Position numbers and translations under genes: made by a program. From Haliotis cracherodii (lineage: Eukaryota), in the NCBI RefSeq assembly GCF_022045235.1, contig NW_027266280.1:6138001-6202000 (forward strand): a stretch of 64,000 bases of DNA. The letters are read 5' to 3'. Each line of letters opens with the position of its first letter. Within the stretch, counting starts at the first letter, position 1. Below are positions 1 through 11,799 of this stretch, piece by piece. The notes under the pieces were generated by a model. It ran no database searches. It was not told the DNA's origin and saw only the letters and a program-made list of their open reading frames with translations.

Positions 1-211
1 AAGTTGGTTGAGCTGTCACAGGCGTTGAAGAACACCACGGAGAGTTATGCCATGTGGCAGCAGAACGCGACCAGGTTGGTGGAGACATTTCAGATGGAAG
101 TTTTCGAGTTGACAGCCTTCAATGGCTGGGATGGTCAGGAACCGGAAGATGAATTGCAGTGGTCGTTTCCCGGTGCGTTGCTGTACGCCATCACCGTCGT
201 CACAACTATCG
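1..211 (+). CDS. Two-pore-domain (K2P/TWiK family) potassium channel, internal exon (cap and P1 pore helix); upstream exons lie outside the window
   Basis: Translation ...QWSFPGALLYAITVVTTI G ends at donor G|GTGAGT (211/212). Splicing to 8603 completes the TIGYG selectivity filter. Confidence 0.93.
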
Positions 212-1298
212 GTGAGTGGAGTCTATCAATAAACAAGTTTAAACAGATTTCACATATTGAATTACCCAAAAGTCCCCAAACAGCTTAGCGTGCACAGTTT
301 AAAACATCCATTTCATGTGCGAACTATTTGAGTTGTATTACTGTAAATAAATTCAAGACCACATTGACTCGTTTTCGGCTTAGTTAGAAATTGAACGTTG
401 GCGACATTTTTATATTCCTCATGAATTTAGAAAATATAAAGTTTATAACCTAAACCATATCAAAAATGAATATCTCTTTTTGTTAATTTGTCCAGCATAT
501 AGCCATCTTAAGCCCAATACATAAAATCAAAATTTTACATTTTTCCAAATATTCTGAAGTTTAATACACAACTGACATCGCAAGACCCAATTACCAATAT
601 GAATACAGCAAAGTATCTGGTTAATGCTCTTGTTGTAAGAACACAAATACTCCAACTATGATAATGTACGTTATCTTAACACTGCTATTGCTAAAAATAC
701 AAAAATGAAATGTCTTGTATTTTATACTGTTTGCACCTGAACTGTATTTCGTTTGTACAAACGGGACCGAGGTCTACAAGTACAGAAGTGAAACAACAGT
801 GAACACAACTCAAAATACTACATAATACACGCTGTTTTAACTTTGTAGAAACCAACAACAGCTGCTTAAAACAGGTAGAGAGAAGGATACTTTTGTTTCG
901 TGTGTCGTTTAAAGTAGCGCTCCGCAAGACTACAGCAATATGAAGGTGGATGTAAATATAACAATCGGGTCTTGACCAGACAAAACCGTGATTGATATCA
1001 TCAGTTTTATTCTTGGAAACTATGTGCATTACAATGAGTCAAAGTCAACGTCGTTGATTAGTAACTGGGATATTCACCCAAATACACTATACATAAACCG
1101 TCAACGCCAGAGAACAACCAGTCAAGACTATCCACCGAAACAACGTCTATAGGCCATAACAGGCACAGCGGTGAAAATTGAATGAGTGAACGACTAAAAA
1201 TGAGGGATAACACCAGGCCACCGCTCCACGAAGCGATCTTAGCGCTACGACTATCGTAAGCCAGTGTTAAAGTATGGGAGTTACTTCTTTGATAGGCT

Positions 1299-1578
1299 GG
1301 GGCACGGGTGGCCCAGTCGTCTAAGGCGCCGCGATTCGCAGAGTTGCGTCCCTTGGGCACGCCAGAAACCTATGATTGTGGGTTCGAATCCCGGTTCGCT
1401 CCGATTATGTTTCTAGGTTTGTCAGCACCATACCCGTGCTCGTGGGTTTCACCGAAGTGGTAAACGTCTGAGACCTGCATCACTTCGGGCTTTCTTCCCA
1501 CATTAAGCTGACACGCCGCGATATGACTGGAATACTGTTAAAAGCGGCGTTAAACCCAACTCACTCACTCACTCACTC
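1299..1578 (+). mobile_element. SINE family A (tRNA-Leu-like head, (ACTC)n tail)
   Basis: A box TGGCCCAGTCGT, B box GGGTTCGAATCCC, tail GCGGCGTTAAACCCAACTCACTC, flanking repeat tttgataggc; six copies in the window. Confidence 0.9.
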
Positions 1579-1599
1579 TTTGATAGGCATTTAGAAGTT

Positions 1600-1700
1600 G
1601 GAGTACTAAGTAAGGATAAGAATTTATGGATGAACAACTTCTTTATTACAATTAAGAGCGACGTTTCGGTGTAGGTTCTAACACCGTTATCAAGGAAGTG
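1600..1700 (-). mobile_element. Penelope-like terminal repeat remnant with a degenerate minimal hammerhead motif
   Basis: Minus strand reads CTTGATAA-CGGTG(ttagaaccta)CACCG-AAAC-GTC followed by AATAAA. Confidence 0.45.
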
Positions 1701-1710
1701 GTTTACAGAG

Positions 1711-2908
1711 TCTGACTGACTGACTGATATAAAAGATTTAACGTGCGCTTTCCGACTGTAGCGTATTTCGCACACGGGCCTGGCCAGACCATTTAGTGTA
1801 TTCCGAAAAGGGTGAAAGTGGGGTGTGCAACCCAAGAGGGGGCTTTTAGGGGTTGCTTAATTATATTGAATTTTTGGAATTTTTAAATTTGGAATAAATG
1901 CCGAGGTGGGTGGAGGAGGGAACTAAGGGAGCCGGGTGAGGTGGGTGTTTGTTTGTATGTTTATTGGATTTTGGATTGGTAGATTAATTAGTTTTTAGAT
2001 GCGCTTAATTAGGTCTGTTTTGATTAGGAATACACCTAGGGCCTTGAAGTTTTCTAGTTTATTTTGAGGGTTTAGTATTTCATCTAGAGTAGGAACCTTA
2101 TTTAGATTGAGGGTGGTTTGTAGTGTGGTTCTGTGTGTTTTGTACTGGGTGCAGTGGATGAGTGCGTGTTCTGTGGTTTCGGGTTGTTTGCAGTGGGGGC
2201 AGTTGGCTGTGGTGTGCCTTTTAAGTTTTTTTAGGTGGTTATTTAGGTTAGTGTGTCCTGTTTGGAGTTTTGTAATTGATCTGTCAATTTGTTTTGAGGG
2301 GTGTAGGATTTTTGGTTTGGCTAGTGGTTTTCTGAGCACTTTTTTGATTTGGCTATTTGTGTTTTGATATTGATTATGCCATTTTTTGGTTATTTTTTGT
2401 TTGTTAACACTTTTAATTTCTGATTTTGAGATGGGTAGGTTTAGGCTTATTTCTGGTATTTTGAGAGATAATTTAGCTGCTTTATCGGCGCTTTCGTTGC
2501 CGTAAATTCTTACGTGGGCGGGGATCCACAAGAAGGTTATTTGTTTGCCTGCTTTTGTTAGACCGTTGGAGCTTTTAAGTATTTGGTTTATTAATTTAGG
2601 TCGTTTTTTTGTATTTTTGTTTTGGAGGGCTTGTAGTCCACTAAGGGAGTCGGTGAGAATTAGGATTTTATTGTTGTTTTTAGATTGTTGGTTATGCAGG
2701 GCTGAGGCCTTGCCCATAAGTTCGGCCATGAATATAGATTGGTTGTTGGGGAGTCGGTAAGATTGTGTGGATATAACTGATTGTGTGGTATGGACTCCGA
2801 AGCCTGTGTGGTTGGAGATCGGGTCTGAAGATCCGTCAGTGTATATGTGACACCAATTTGGCCAATTTTCGTGTATGTATGCGAGTGTGGTGGTTTTAGC
2901 TATGTTTG
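1711..2908 (-). mobile_element. 5'-truncated LINE (I/Nimb/Ingi-like group): RNase H, C-terminal zinc knuckle, 3' UTR and (CAGT)n tail
   Basis: Open frame ~2907-1995 with YTDGS..AEL..TDSLS..WIPAH..GNESAD RNase H motifs and CPHC..ETTEHALIHC; 3' end GGAAAGCGCACGTTAAATC plus (CAGT)n. Confidence 0.92.
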
Positions 2909-3775
2909 AGTTACTTACTTACCTACGTTTGGAGATTTAACGTGCGCTTTCCGATTGGAGCGTATTTCGCACACGAGCCCGGTCGGGCCATTTAGCGTGG
3001 TTTTGAAGGGAAAATAAAGGTGTTGCAACCAGAGGGGGGTTTTAGTGGTTGCTTATATAAGTTTTGGAGATTTTGAAATTTGGAATGCATGCCTAGGGGT
3101 GTGGTAGTGTACTAAGGGAGTGTGTTGGTGTGTGTTTGTTTGTTTATGTGGTGTGGTTGAGTGTTTTTAGATGCGGATCATTAGATTGGTTTTAGTTAAG
3201 TATACGCCTAGTGCTTTAAATTTTTCTATATTGTTATGTGGATTTAGGATTGATTCTAGGGTTATGGCTTTATCTAGTTTTAGATTTGTTTGGAGTGTTG
3301 CTCGGTGGGTTTGGTAGTGCGTGCAGTGTAAGAGTGCATGTTCTATTGTTTCCAGGTGTGGGCAGTGTGGGCATTTTCCGGTTGCGTGTTTTTTTATTTT
3401 TAGGAGTTGACTGTTTAGTTTAGTGTGACCTGTTTGGAGTTTGGTGATTATTCTATCAATTTTCTTGGATGGATGGAGGATTTTAGGTTTGGTTAGAGGT
3501 TTTTTGAGGATTTTGATTATCTGTGTGTTTGTTTTTAGGTATGTCTTATGCCATTTTTGGGTGATTTTACGTTTGTTAATGCTTTTGATCTCTGCTTTAG
3601 ATATTGGTAGATTAAGGCTTATTTCAGGAATTTTGAGGGATTTTTTGGCGGCTTGATCGGCGTTTTCGTTTCCATATATTCCTACTTGGGCTGGGATCCA
3701 GATAAATGCTATTTGTTTGCCTGCCTCTGTTAAGTTATTTGCGCTTTTGAGTATTTGGTTAATATGTTTGAGTGC
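2909..3775 (-). mobile_element. Second 5'-truncated LINE of a related subfamily (RNase H C-terminal half, zinc knuckle, (AGTA)n tail)
   Basis: WIPAQVGIYGNENAD and CPHCPHLETIEHALLHC motifs; same 3' terminal motif as the first copy; stop at 3167. Confidence 0.9.
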
Positions 3776-3840
3776 AGTAGGCAAGTATATATACACGTAG
3801 GAGGCAATGTTTATACAGAAGGGGAGATATTGTATACTGG

Positions 3841-3963
3841 AGTAGAGAAGCCTGTTGTGTACACACAAGGGCAGTGATGATGGCCATGGGTGAAGTCAGT
3901 GCCATGAACAAAGGATGAAGCCGGTAATGAAGCCCTTGTGTGTACACAACAGGCTTCTCTACT
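3841..3963. repeat. Perfect 32-bp inverted repeat with 59-bp spacer
   Basis: agtagagaagcctgttgtgtacacacaagggc (3841-3872) and its reverse complement (3932-3963). Confidence 0.85.
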
Positions 3964-4991
3964 ATAGGTTTTTCAAAGCAAAAGACTATATTACGTGACA
4001 CATATTTCATGGAATTTAAGATTTCGGATCTTTTTAAAAATGCATGGTATATAAAATATTGCTGGTTGCTTGTTTCATCCTGAGATGTTCACAGCAAACT
4101 CATAAATTTATTTGCAGTTGGACATTCTGGATGATAAGCTTTCCACAGTTTATTTTATAATATTTACAAATATGTACACAATTATACTCATCCTCAACCG
4201 CAAACAGGGCAAATACGTAAAACTGATTCATCCGATTGCCATCCCCTTCTTCTTTTGTTGAGTTAAAATATCCATCTTAATTTGATTAAAATAATACGCG
4301 CATGTATTTCAGTGACAAGGCTAAAATATATTTGAGGTTCAAACACTGTTTTGTGGTAGACATGTGTACAAGATTTCAAGATTTGATACACCTGTGATAA
4401 AAATGTTAAACCTGTGTATCAAATATGTTAACATACATTTTGGGTCAAACATTCCAATATTGTTTAAATATATATTCGTTATTTCCACTGGACCCCTTTT
4501 GCACGATATTTCATTGATGCAATTTGCAATTTGAAAAGTGCTAGAAAAAATTACGCTTAAGAACTTAATAATTGTTAACTGTGGCCTGTGTGCTGCCTTG
4601 TACATCCGTTTTTCCTTGGAAGATGAAATACCACTATTTCTAAAACAACGTTAGTTTTTTTCGAGGTTAACTGTCAGTCCTGAATATAATTTACCAGAAA
4701 ACAAATATCCAAACGTTGAATTGCATCTCTTTCAACATAATCAAATATTTTCTTAAAATCTACGAAAGTGGTGTAAAATAGTTTTCTTTAGGTCTTTATC
4801 AAACAAGCTCTTGATAGAATGTAAAATATGGTGCGTTGTGGAAAGCAACATCGTAAACCTGCTTGCGACTCAGGAATGTAATCTTCAAGTTAGCCACTAT
4901 AGTAATGGCAGTTTGATATGACTGTAATAGCCAACGCTTTGGTATTGTTTGCGTTGTATCAGGTGTTAAAACTCCATTCAGTTACATGTAA

Positions 4992-5254
4992 GTTCGTGAA
5001 GATCCGGTGTAGAATAGGTCTTCAGCAACAAATGCTTGCCGTAAAAATCGACTAGGCTTGTCGTAAAAAGCGTAAACGGGATAGTGTGGTCAGGCTCGCT
5101 GACTTTGTTGATGCATATCATCGATCCCAATTGCGTGGATCGATGCTCATGATATCAATCACTGGATTGTCTGGTCCAGACTCGCTTATTTACAGACCTC
5201 CGTCATATAGCTGGAATATTGCTGAGTGCGGCGTTAAACAACAAACAAACAAAC
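4992..5254 (+). mobile_element. Short retroelement family C (no tRNA head, (AAAC)n tail)
   Basis: Matches the copies at 35396, 55767 and 62644; tail GAGTGCGGCGTTAAACAACAAAC. Confidence 0.85.
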
Positions 5255-5789
5255 ATATATGTTCTTGTCCTGAAATGCAAGAATAGCCCTGATTATATCT
5301 CGATTATATTACGAAGTTTACCAATATGATTGTCTGTCATCCTTTATGTTTCATTCACCATCAACACGCTGCTTGACGGACGTGCAGACGCACTCCTTTG
5401 TCCATTTGTTTAGCAGCAAGTTCGAATGAGTGTTAGCTTGTTTTAGGTAAACGTTTCATTGTTTCTCCATGAAGGTTTGCACATTAGCGCAGATTTTAAG
5501 GTTATTTCTGTTATACCTTACCAATGTGACAAAACAATAAAAAAAAATATGGCAATGTTCCCCTTAATCACTCACCTCCAATTACGTATACTTTATTTCT
5601 TCGAACGTTATTCCAGATCGACAATGAGAAAATGGCGGCCCCACTAAAACTCCCACAGAAGTAAGGTTCCAGGGTCTATTACTGTTTGTGCAATCTCTGG
5701 TTATTCATGAATACCCTTTCCTCGTGAGTAATCACAGTTGATCTGCCACATGACAGACATATTCATGTTCAAAAGCGTTGATGTTTATA

Positions 5790-6165
5790 GACTGTTTGAG
5801 TCCCAATCGTGAACGAGGGTTCTTGGAAACCCAATGGCGAACGACGGAGCTTGTTTGAATACCAATGGTGGGTTACCGATTTTGTTTGAATCCTAATCCG
5901 GAAGTACCGAGCTTGTTTGAATCTGAATTGTGAAGTACCGGGTTTGTTTTAATCTGAATTGTGAAGTACCGAGCTTGTTTGAATCCTAACCGTGAAGTAC
6001 CGAGCTTGATTGAATCCTTATCGTGAAGTACCGAGCTTGATTGAATCTTAATCGTGAAGTTCTGAGCTTGTTATAATCCCAATGGTGAACGAAGGAGCTT
6101 GTTTGATTCCCAATGGTGCACAACGGAGATTATTTAAACCCCAATCGTGAAGGACGGCCCTTGTT
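5790..6165. repeat. ~31-bp minisatellite, about 12 units
   Basis: Unit gaagtaccgagcttgtttgaatcctaatcgt. Confidence 0.85.
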
Positions 6166-6239
6166 TATACATTGACTGTAACATATACATCAAAGAATAT
6201 CGATTGCAATTGTGTATAGAGTTATGAACCGGTCAACAT

Positions 6240-6650
6240 TTTTGTAGCACGGCTGTCTTCACACCTCATAGAGCAGTGGAAATTTATGGCTACGGATCCT
6301 AAGGGGTTGAAGTGACCTTGAAGTTCAGATTAGTGACTTTTTCAGAAAAAGGCTTTTACCCTGATTTGGGGGACATGTAAAAGGCAAGACTGGTATGACA
6401 TCAAACTCTCAAAACCCTAGGGATAGATAAAGAAGTTTGTTTTCACAGCAGCAAGTGAAGAGACCAAAGTTCTATAGGTGTGAAGAGGAGCACAAAGTTT
6501 CAGAGTGTCCGACGTTTGCTATTTCATCTGTATCAGAACGTGTACAGAAAGTTAAAGATCTCAGACTGTATTGCACCTGTCTGGGGCGGAGACACGTCGT
6601 AGAGAGTGCTAGGCAAAGAAACAGCTTTCTGTGAATGGTTGCACACGGGC
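6240..6650 (+). pseudogene. BEL/Pao LTR-retrotransposon gag fragment
   Basis: CEEEHKVSECPTF..SVSERVQKVKDLRLYCTCLGRRH resembles the Pao gag zinc-knuckle region; reading frame is disrupted. Confidence 0.65.
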
Positions 6651-6692
6651 TTACCATATGTCGGGATGTTTCCGTCCGTGATTTACGAGGAG

Positions 6693-7047
6693 GATGTGAT
6701 GTGTGATGTGAAATGGGGTTTAACGTCGCGTCCAAGATTATTGCACTTATATAGCGACGTGCATGCACGTGTGTGTGTGGCTGCTTGTACTAGTCCGGAC
6801 TGATGCCGACTTATAGTGCTAGCACACTGAGATACCATGCCGCAGTTTAACATGAATACCCCACTCAGACACAGTATACTGACTCCGAGCCGACCAGTCC
6901 TTGTTTTAGCCCCTTAATGCCGAGCGCCAGACAGGGTAACAACAAGTACCATCTTTTAACGTCTTTTGGTATGACGCGGCCGGGGATCGAACCCCGGACC
7001 TTCCGCTGTCCGGGCGGACGCTTTACCACAAGACCACGGAGGCGGTC
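6693..7047 (-). mobile_element. SINE family D (tRNA head plus Meta/MESC-like core)
   Basis: Reverse complement of 44199-44556; B box GGTTCGATCCC; core GTCATACCAAAAGACG..ATGGTACTTG..GCTAGCACTATAA. Confidence 0.85.
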
Positions 7048-7319
7048 TACTGAGAAGGAAATGCGTACGCCTTGCATTGAAGGAAACAATATAATGTGCC
7101 CTTGCTTTGCAAACAAGTGTCCAAATAATTCTTTATTTTTATTTGTTTAAAGGTAATAACTGAGCACCTGTTTATGTATATGAAAACATAATTGAGCTTT
7201 TAAACATAAAACAATGCTGATTTCAAACCAAACGGATGGTCAGGCCCGCCTGACTGTGGTTGGTCCATCGTTCCACGACGGCGATGTATAGCATGACATC
7301 CTTGGACTGTTTAATCCAG

Positions 7320-7496
7320 GGGGGGGGGGGGGGGGGGGGTCGGGTAGCCTAGAGGTTAAAGCGTTCGCTCGTCACCCCGAAGACCCGGGTTCGATTCCCG
7401 ACGTGAGTACAATGAGTGAAGCTCATTTCTGGTGTCCCCCGCCGTGGTATTGCTGGAATATTGCTAAAATCGGCGTAAAACCATAGTCACTCACTC
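7320..7496 (+). mobile_element. SINE family B (tRNA-Asp-like head, ~170 bp) nested in a decayed family C copy
   Basis: 14-bp TSD actgtttaatccag (7306-7319, 7497-7510); poly-G at the 5' end; B box GGTTCGATTCCC. Confidence 0.9.
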
Positions 7497-8384
7497 ACTG
7501 TTTAATCCAGACTCGATTAGTTTGTGAACATATTGCTGGGACGAGAACAACAAACGTTTTCATTTACGTGTTTCAATAAACATTGTGTAAATTACATGGG
7601 TTTTGTTGTTGGGATTGAAGGTAAAAACTATACCAGATTATGCTTCTTCTGAACTTTGTGGGTGAGATAAGGGCTTAGATGATGAGGATCTTATACCTAG
7701 GCCACCGTGGGAGACCGGTGCTGTAAATGCCTACGAATATAATATGCGCCGGGCTGTGTTTCCTAGGATCAGTAGTGGCGGGCAGTGGTGCCGGTGTCCT
7801 AGGACAGTCAGTACTGGGTAAATATAAAAAAGCCAACTTTAGGGAGCACCACGCCTTGTTCATTTTGACGAAACAGATTCTACCGGGCGTAAAAAGCAAA
7901 AAACTGAAAATTATATGAATTGATCACTGAAAATCAGTGATGACACCAAGTCTTAGCGAAAATGGCCCAAGGCCATACATGTACCTAAGGAATGGGTGTC
8001 CTGTCAGTGTCGTCGTTTTGCTCATTAAGATCAGTGTCCACGCCAAATAAAAGTAACACTTCGAGGTGTATCATAGTCAATGTATATATTAAATGTTATG
8101 GACACATTTGTCACAACGCTTGGATTCGCATGTCCCTAAAAATAAATGGATTAAAAACCCAGTTCTAACGACAATGTTTCTACAGAAATTCGTTGAATGT
8201 GCCACCCCAAGAGATAAATACTTGAACTAGGCTGGTGTATTACTCATGCTTATAGAAATTCATTCTTTTTAAATTTAAAAATAGAGAGACAAAAACGAAC
8301 TGGAATTGGTCTTCCCATGCTAGTCGCTACTTATGCTTATTGAAATTAATTCTTTTTGAAATATAAAAAAAATGAAAGAAATAT

Positions 8385-8545
8385 ATTTAAAGTGGTCCTC
8401 CCAAGCTTGTCGTAACGGGTCTGGGTGGCCAGGTTCGCTGACCCTGGTTCATAGATCGATGCTCAGGATTGTCTGGTCCAGACTAGATTATTTACAGGCC
8501 GCCGTCATATAGTTGAAATATTTCTGATTTGTCGTGTAACAACGA
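8385..8545 (+). mobile_element. Degenerate family C element
   Basis: ggattgtctggtccagact..tttacag..cgtcatatag core. Confidence 0.6.
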
Positions 8546-8602
8546 AATGAATAAACACATATGTATAAACTACTATAACACTCCCCACTACTTTATTGGC
8601 AG

Positions 8603-9402
8603 GTTATGGCCACATCACACCTAAGACCAGCTGGGGTCGGATCGTCACTATCGTCTACGCAATCGTCGGCATCCCCCTCACGTTTCTGTGTCTCCGGAAC
8701 ATCGGCTCCTTGCTCAGCTCCTGCGTCAAGCTAGTCTATAAACATGCTTGCTTAGGGCTCATGAGCAGATGGCTTCTCCTCAAACGGAGAATGCGGAAGT
8801 CTCGCAGATTATCGAAGATACGAGAAGCTGCCGAGAGAGCCAGGAAATGGAGTCGTCAGATGAACGGGGGAACCGCTGAGGCCTGCGGGGAGAACGTCAA
8901 AACCGACTATAATTCAGAACTCCTAGCCGAAGATGAAAACAAACAACAAGATGAATCGGAATCTCGAGAAATAACGTGTTATGAAACTGAAGGAGAGTTA
9001 TCTCCCTTAGACGAAGAGCCAGTTCATACTAAGCTGACGGAGGTTCGCGTCCCGGTGTCGATAACACTCTTCATCATGACCGGATACATCATAGGTGGCG
9101 CTATAATGTTTGCATTGTGGGAGAAGGACTGGGACTTCCTGATCGCCTCCTACTTCTGCTTCATCACACTGAGCACCATCGGCTTCGGCGACTACGTCCC
9201 GGGGAGCAGCATCGACTCGTGGGGCAGCCAGGAGAAGCTGGTGATGTGCTGCCTGTACCTGGTGTTCGGGATGGCCATGCAGGCCATGTGCTTCCACCTG
9301 ATGCAGGAGGAGGTCCGCTACAAGTTCCGCAAGCTGGCCAAGAGGGTTGGGCTACTGGAGGAGGAGGAGAAGAAGACGGGGGAAGAGGCAGTGAGTGAGT
9401 GA
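8603..9402 (+). CDS. K2P potassium channel, last coding exon (GYG, M2, M3, P2 pore TIGFGD, M4)
   Basis: Acceptor ggcAG at 8601-8602, then [25 protein letters not shown] and [18 protein letters not shown]. Stop TGA at 9400-9402 lies inside the first repeat unit; AATAAA at 10592. Confidence 0.95.
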
Positions 9403-10017
9403 GTGCGTGAGCTAGCCAAGAGGGTAGGGCTACTGGAACAGGAGGAGAAGAAGAAGACGGAGGAAGAGGCAGTGAGTGAGTGAGTGAGTGAGTGAGCTGG
9501 CCAGGAGGGTAGAGCTACTGGAACAGGAGGAGAAGAAGAAGACGGGGGAAGAGGCAGTGAGTGAGTGAGTGAGTGAGTGAGCTGGCCAAGAGGGTAGGGC
9601 TACTGGAACAGGAGGAGAAGAAGACGGGGGAAGAGGCAGTGAGTGAGTGAGTGAGAGAGTGAGCGAGCTGGCCAGGAGGGTAGAGCTACTGGAACAGGAG
9701 GAGAAGAAGACGGGGGAAGAGGCAGTGAGTGAGTGAGTGAGAGAGTGAGCGAGCTGGCCAGGAGGGTAGGGCTACTGGAGCAGGAGGAGAAGTAGAAGAA
9801 GGGGGAAGAGGCAGTGAGTGAGTGAGTGAGTGAGTGAGTGAGTGAGTGAGTGAGCTGACCAGAAGGGTAGGGTTACTGGAACAGGAGGAGAAGAAGAAGA
9901 CGGGGGAAGAGGCAGTGAGTGAGTGAGTGAGTGAGTGAGTGAGTGAGCTGGCCAAGAGGGTAGGGCTACTGGAACAGGAGGAAAAGAGGAAGACGGGGAA
10001 AAGGCAGTGAGTGAGTG
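9334..10017 (+). repeat. Eight-unit tandem array made of the last ~20 K2P codons plus a variable (GAGT)n tract
   Basis: Units start near 9334, 9412, 9497, 9582, 9668, 9754, 9855 and 9948 (ctggccaagagggtagggctactggaacaggaggagaagaagacgggggaagaggca-(gtga)n). Confidence 0.95.
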
Positions 10018-10719
10018 ACACTGACACACCTATGTAAAATGTCATGCGAGCGTATAGTGGCGCATAGGTGTGAAGTGTCAAAAACGTGTATAGTGACGCC
10101 CAGGTCTGAAGTGGGACGCTAGTGTATTGCGATACACCCGTGTATATTGACATGGATGTGAAGTGACACAAGAAGTGTGCATTTACACACTCATGTAACG
10201 TGACATATCAGTGGTTAGCCAATATAACGTGACAGGGAATACACCTGTGTGTAGTGGCCAATTAGGGTACATTATTTTACCAGTCGACACACAGGCGGGA
10301 AATGACAAACTTTGGCAGCGTAACTCAAGCGTATCACGGGGCATTCCATGGGGCAGGGGAAGGATCTCAGGGTGTGTTGAAAGGATCTTGACGTGTAGGG
10401 CAAATATGTATCCTTCTTGTCCCCGCTACACCCGAGGATGGAATCCTCCAGGAGATCTGTGCAGTCACCAGCGACACATGGCCTTCCTGAACCATGATAC
10501 AGGATACCTGGTACATGTTATACGGTGTTGATAGAGATGAGATGTTAAACCTGTAAAAATGTAAAATCTTGCTTAAATAGCTGTATATATGAATAAATAC
10601 CTTGACTATATAGCTGATAGAATATGAATATTGTTATCAGGTTTAGAACAAGAACATATATAACAATAGATTAATGTCGGTTAAAAAGCAAGGCGAAGTT
10701 GTGTTAAATTCCCCCAGAA

Positions 10720-11295
10720 AGAGACAAGAAAGTGACAGTGTGACCTGGTTGAGTGACAAAGAAGTGACAATGTGACCTGGTTGAGTGACAAAGAAGTGAC
10801 AACATGACCTGGTTGAGGTGCGAGGAAGTGACTCAATGTGACCTGGCTGAGTGACAAGGAAGTGACAATGTGACCTGGCTGAGTGACAAGGAAGTGACAA
10901 TGTGACCTGGCTGAGTGACAAGGAAGTGACAATGTGACCTGGTTGAGGTGCGAGGAAGTGACAACGTGACCTGGTTGAGTAACAAGGAAGTGATAATGTG
11001 ACCTGGTTGAGTGACAAGAAAGTGACAAAGTTACTTGATTAAGTGACAAGGAATTGACAGTGTGACCTGGCTCAGTGACAAGGAAGTGACAATGTGACCT
11101 TGTTGAGTGACAAGGAAGTGACAACGTTAGTTGGTTGAGTGACAAGGAACTGACAATGTGACCTGGTTGAGTGACGAGGAAGTCACAATGTGACCTGGTT
11201 GAGTGACAAGGAAGGGACAAAGTTACTTGATTAAGTGACAAGGAATTGACAGTGTGACCTGGTTGAGTGACGAGGAAGTGACTCAATGTGACGAA
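10720..11295. repeat. 32-bp minisatellite, about 17 units
   Basis: Unit tgacctggttgagtgacaaggaagtgacaatg. Confidence 0.95.
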
Positions 11296-11799
11296 TCAAA
11301 ACCATACTCACTCGCTCAGTGTGACGAACCAGAGTTTTCTCTACTGTCCTATCTCATCGTCCCGCATGGTAGAGTTCAATACAATGCCTGTACAGTACAT
11401 ATGTATACAATAACACAAGCACATTGTAATCAAATCGGTGTGTTTATTTCAACGAACACGACATAATAATGCAAACTGCTCATGATACAGATGGGATGAT
11501 AGAAAAACACTGTGCCATTGCAATTCTCTTTTTAAAATATAGAAAATTCAAAAGTCCTTAATTTTGAAAACTATTTACAGTTTAGAGTTTAATAACAGCT
11601 CTGCATGTCAATGCCAATATCATGAAATCACCGCCGCCTGTTGATCACATCACCTTTGTGAGTCGGCCGAAATCTCACCCCACCGAACTGCAGATGTCTA
11701 TTTTCATGTCGCTTTGGAAACCTTTGAAACTTTCTAGCTTCATATTTTCCTTTCCGTGAAAACGGTACACACATCATAACTGGTGTCCTGATATTGGAG

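Noticed and set aside
9007-9398. Alternative-frame and antisense ORFs over the K2P exon
   Set aside because: Shadows of GC3-rich coding sequence.
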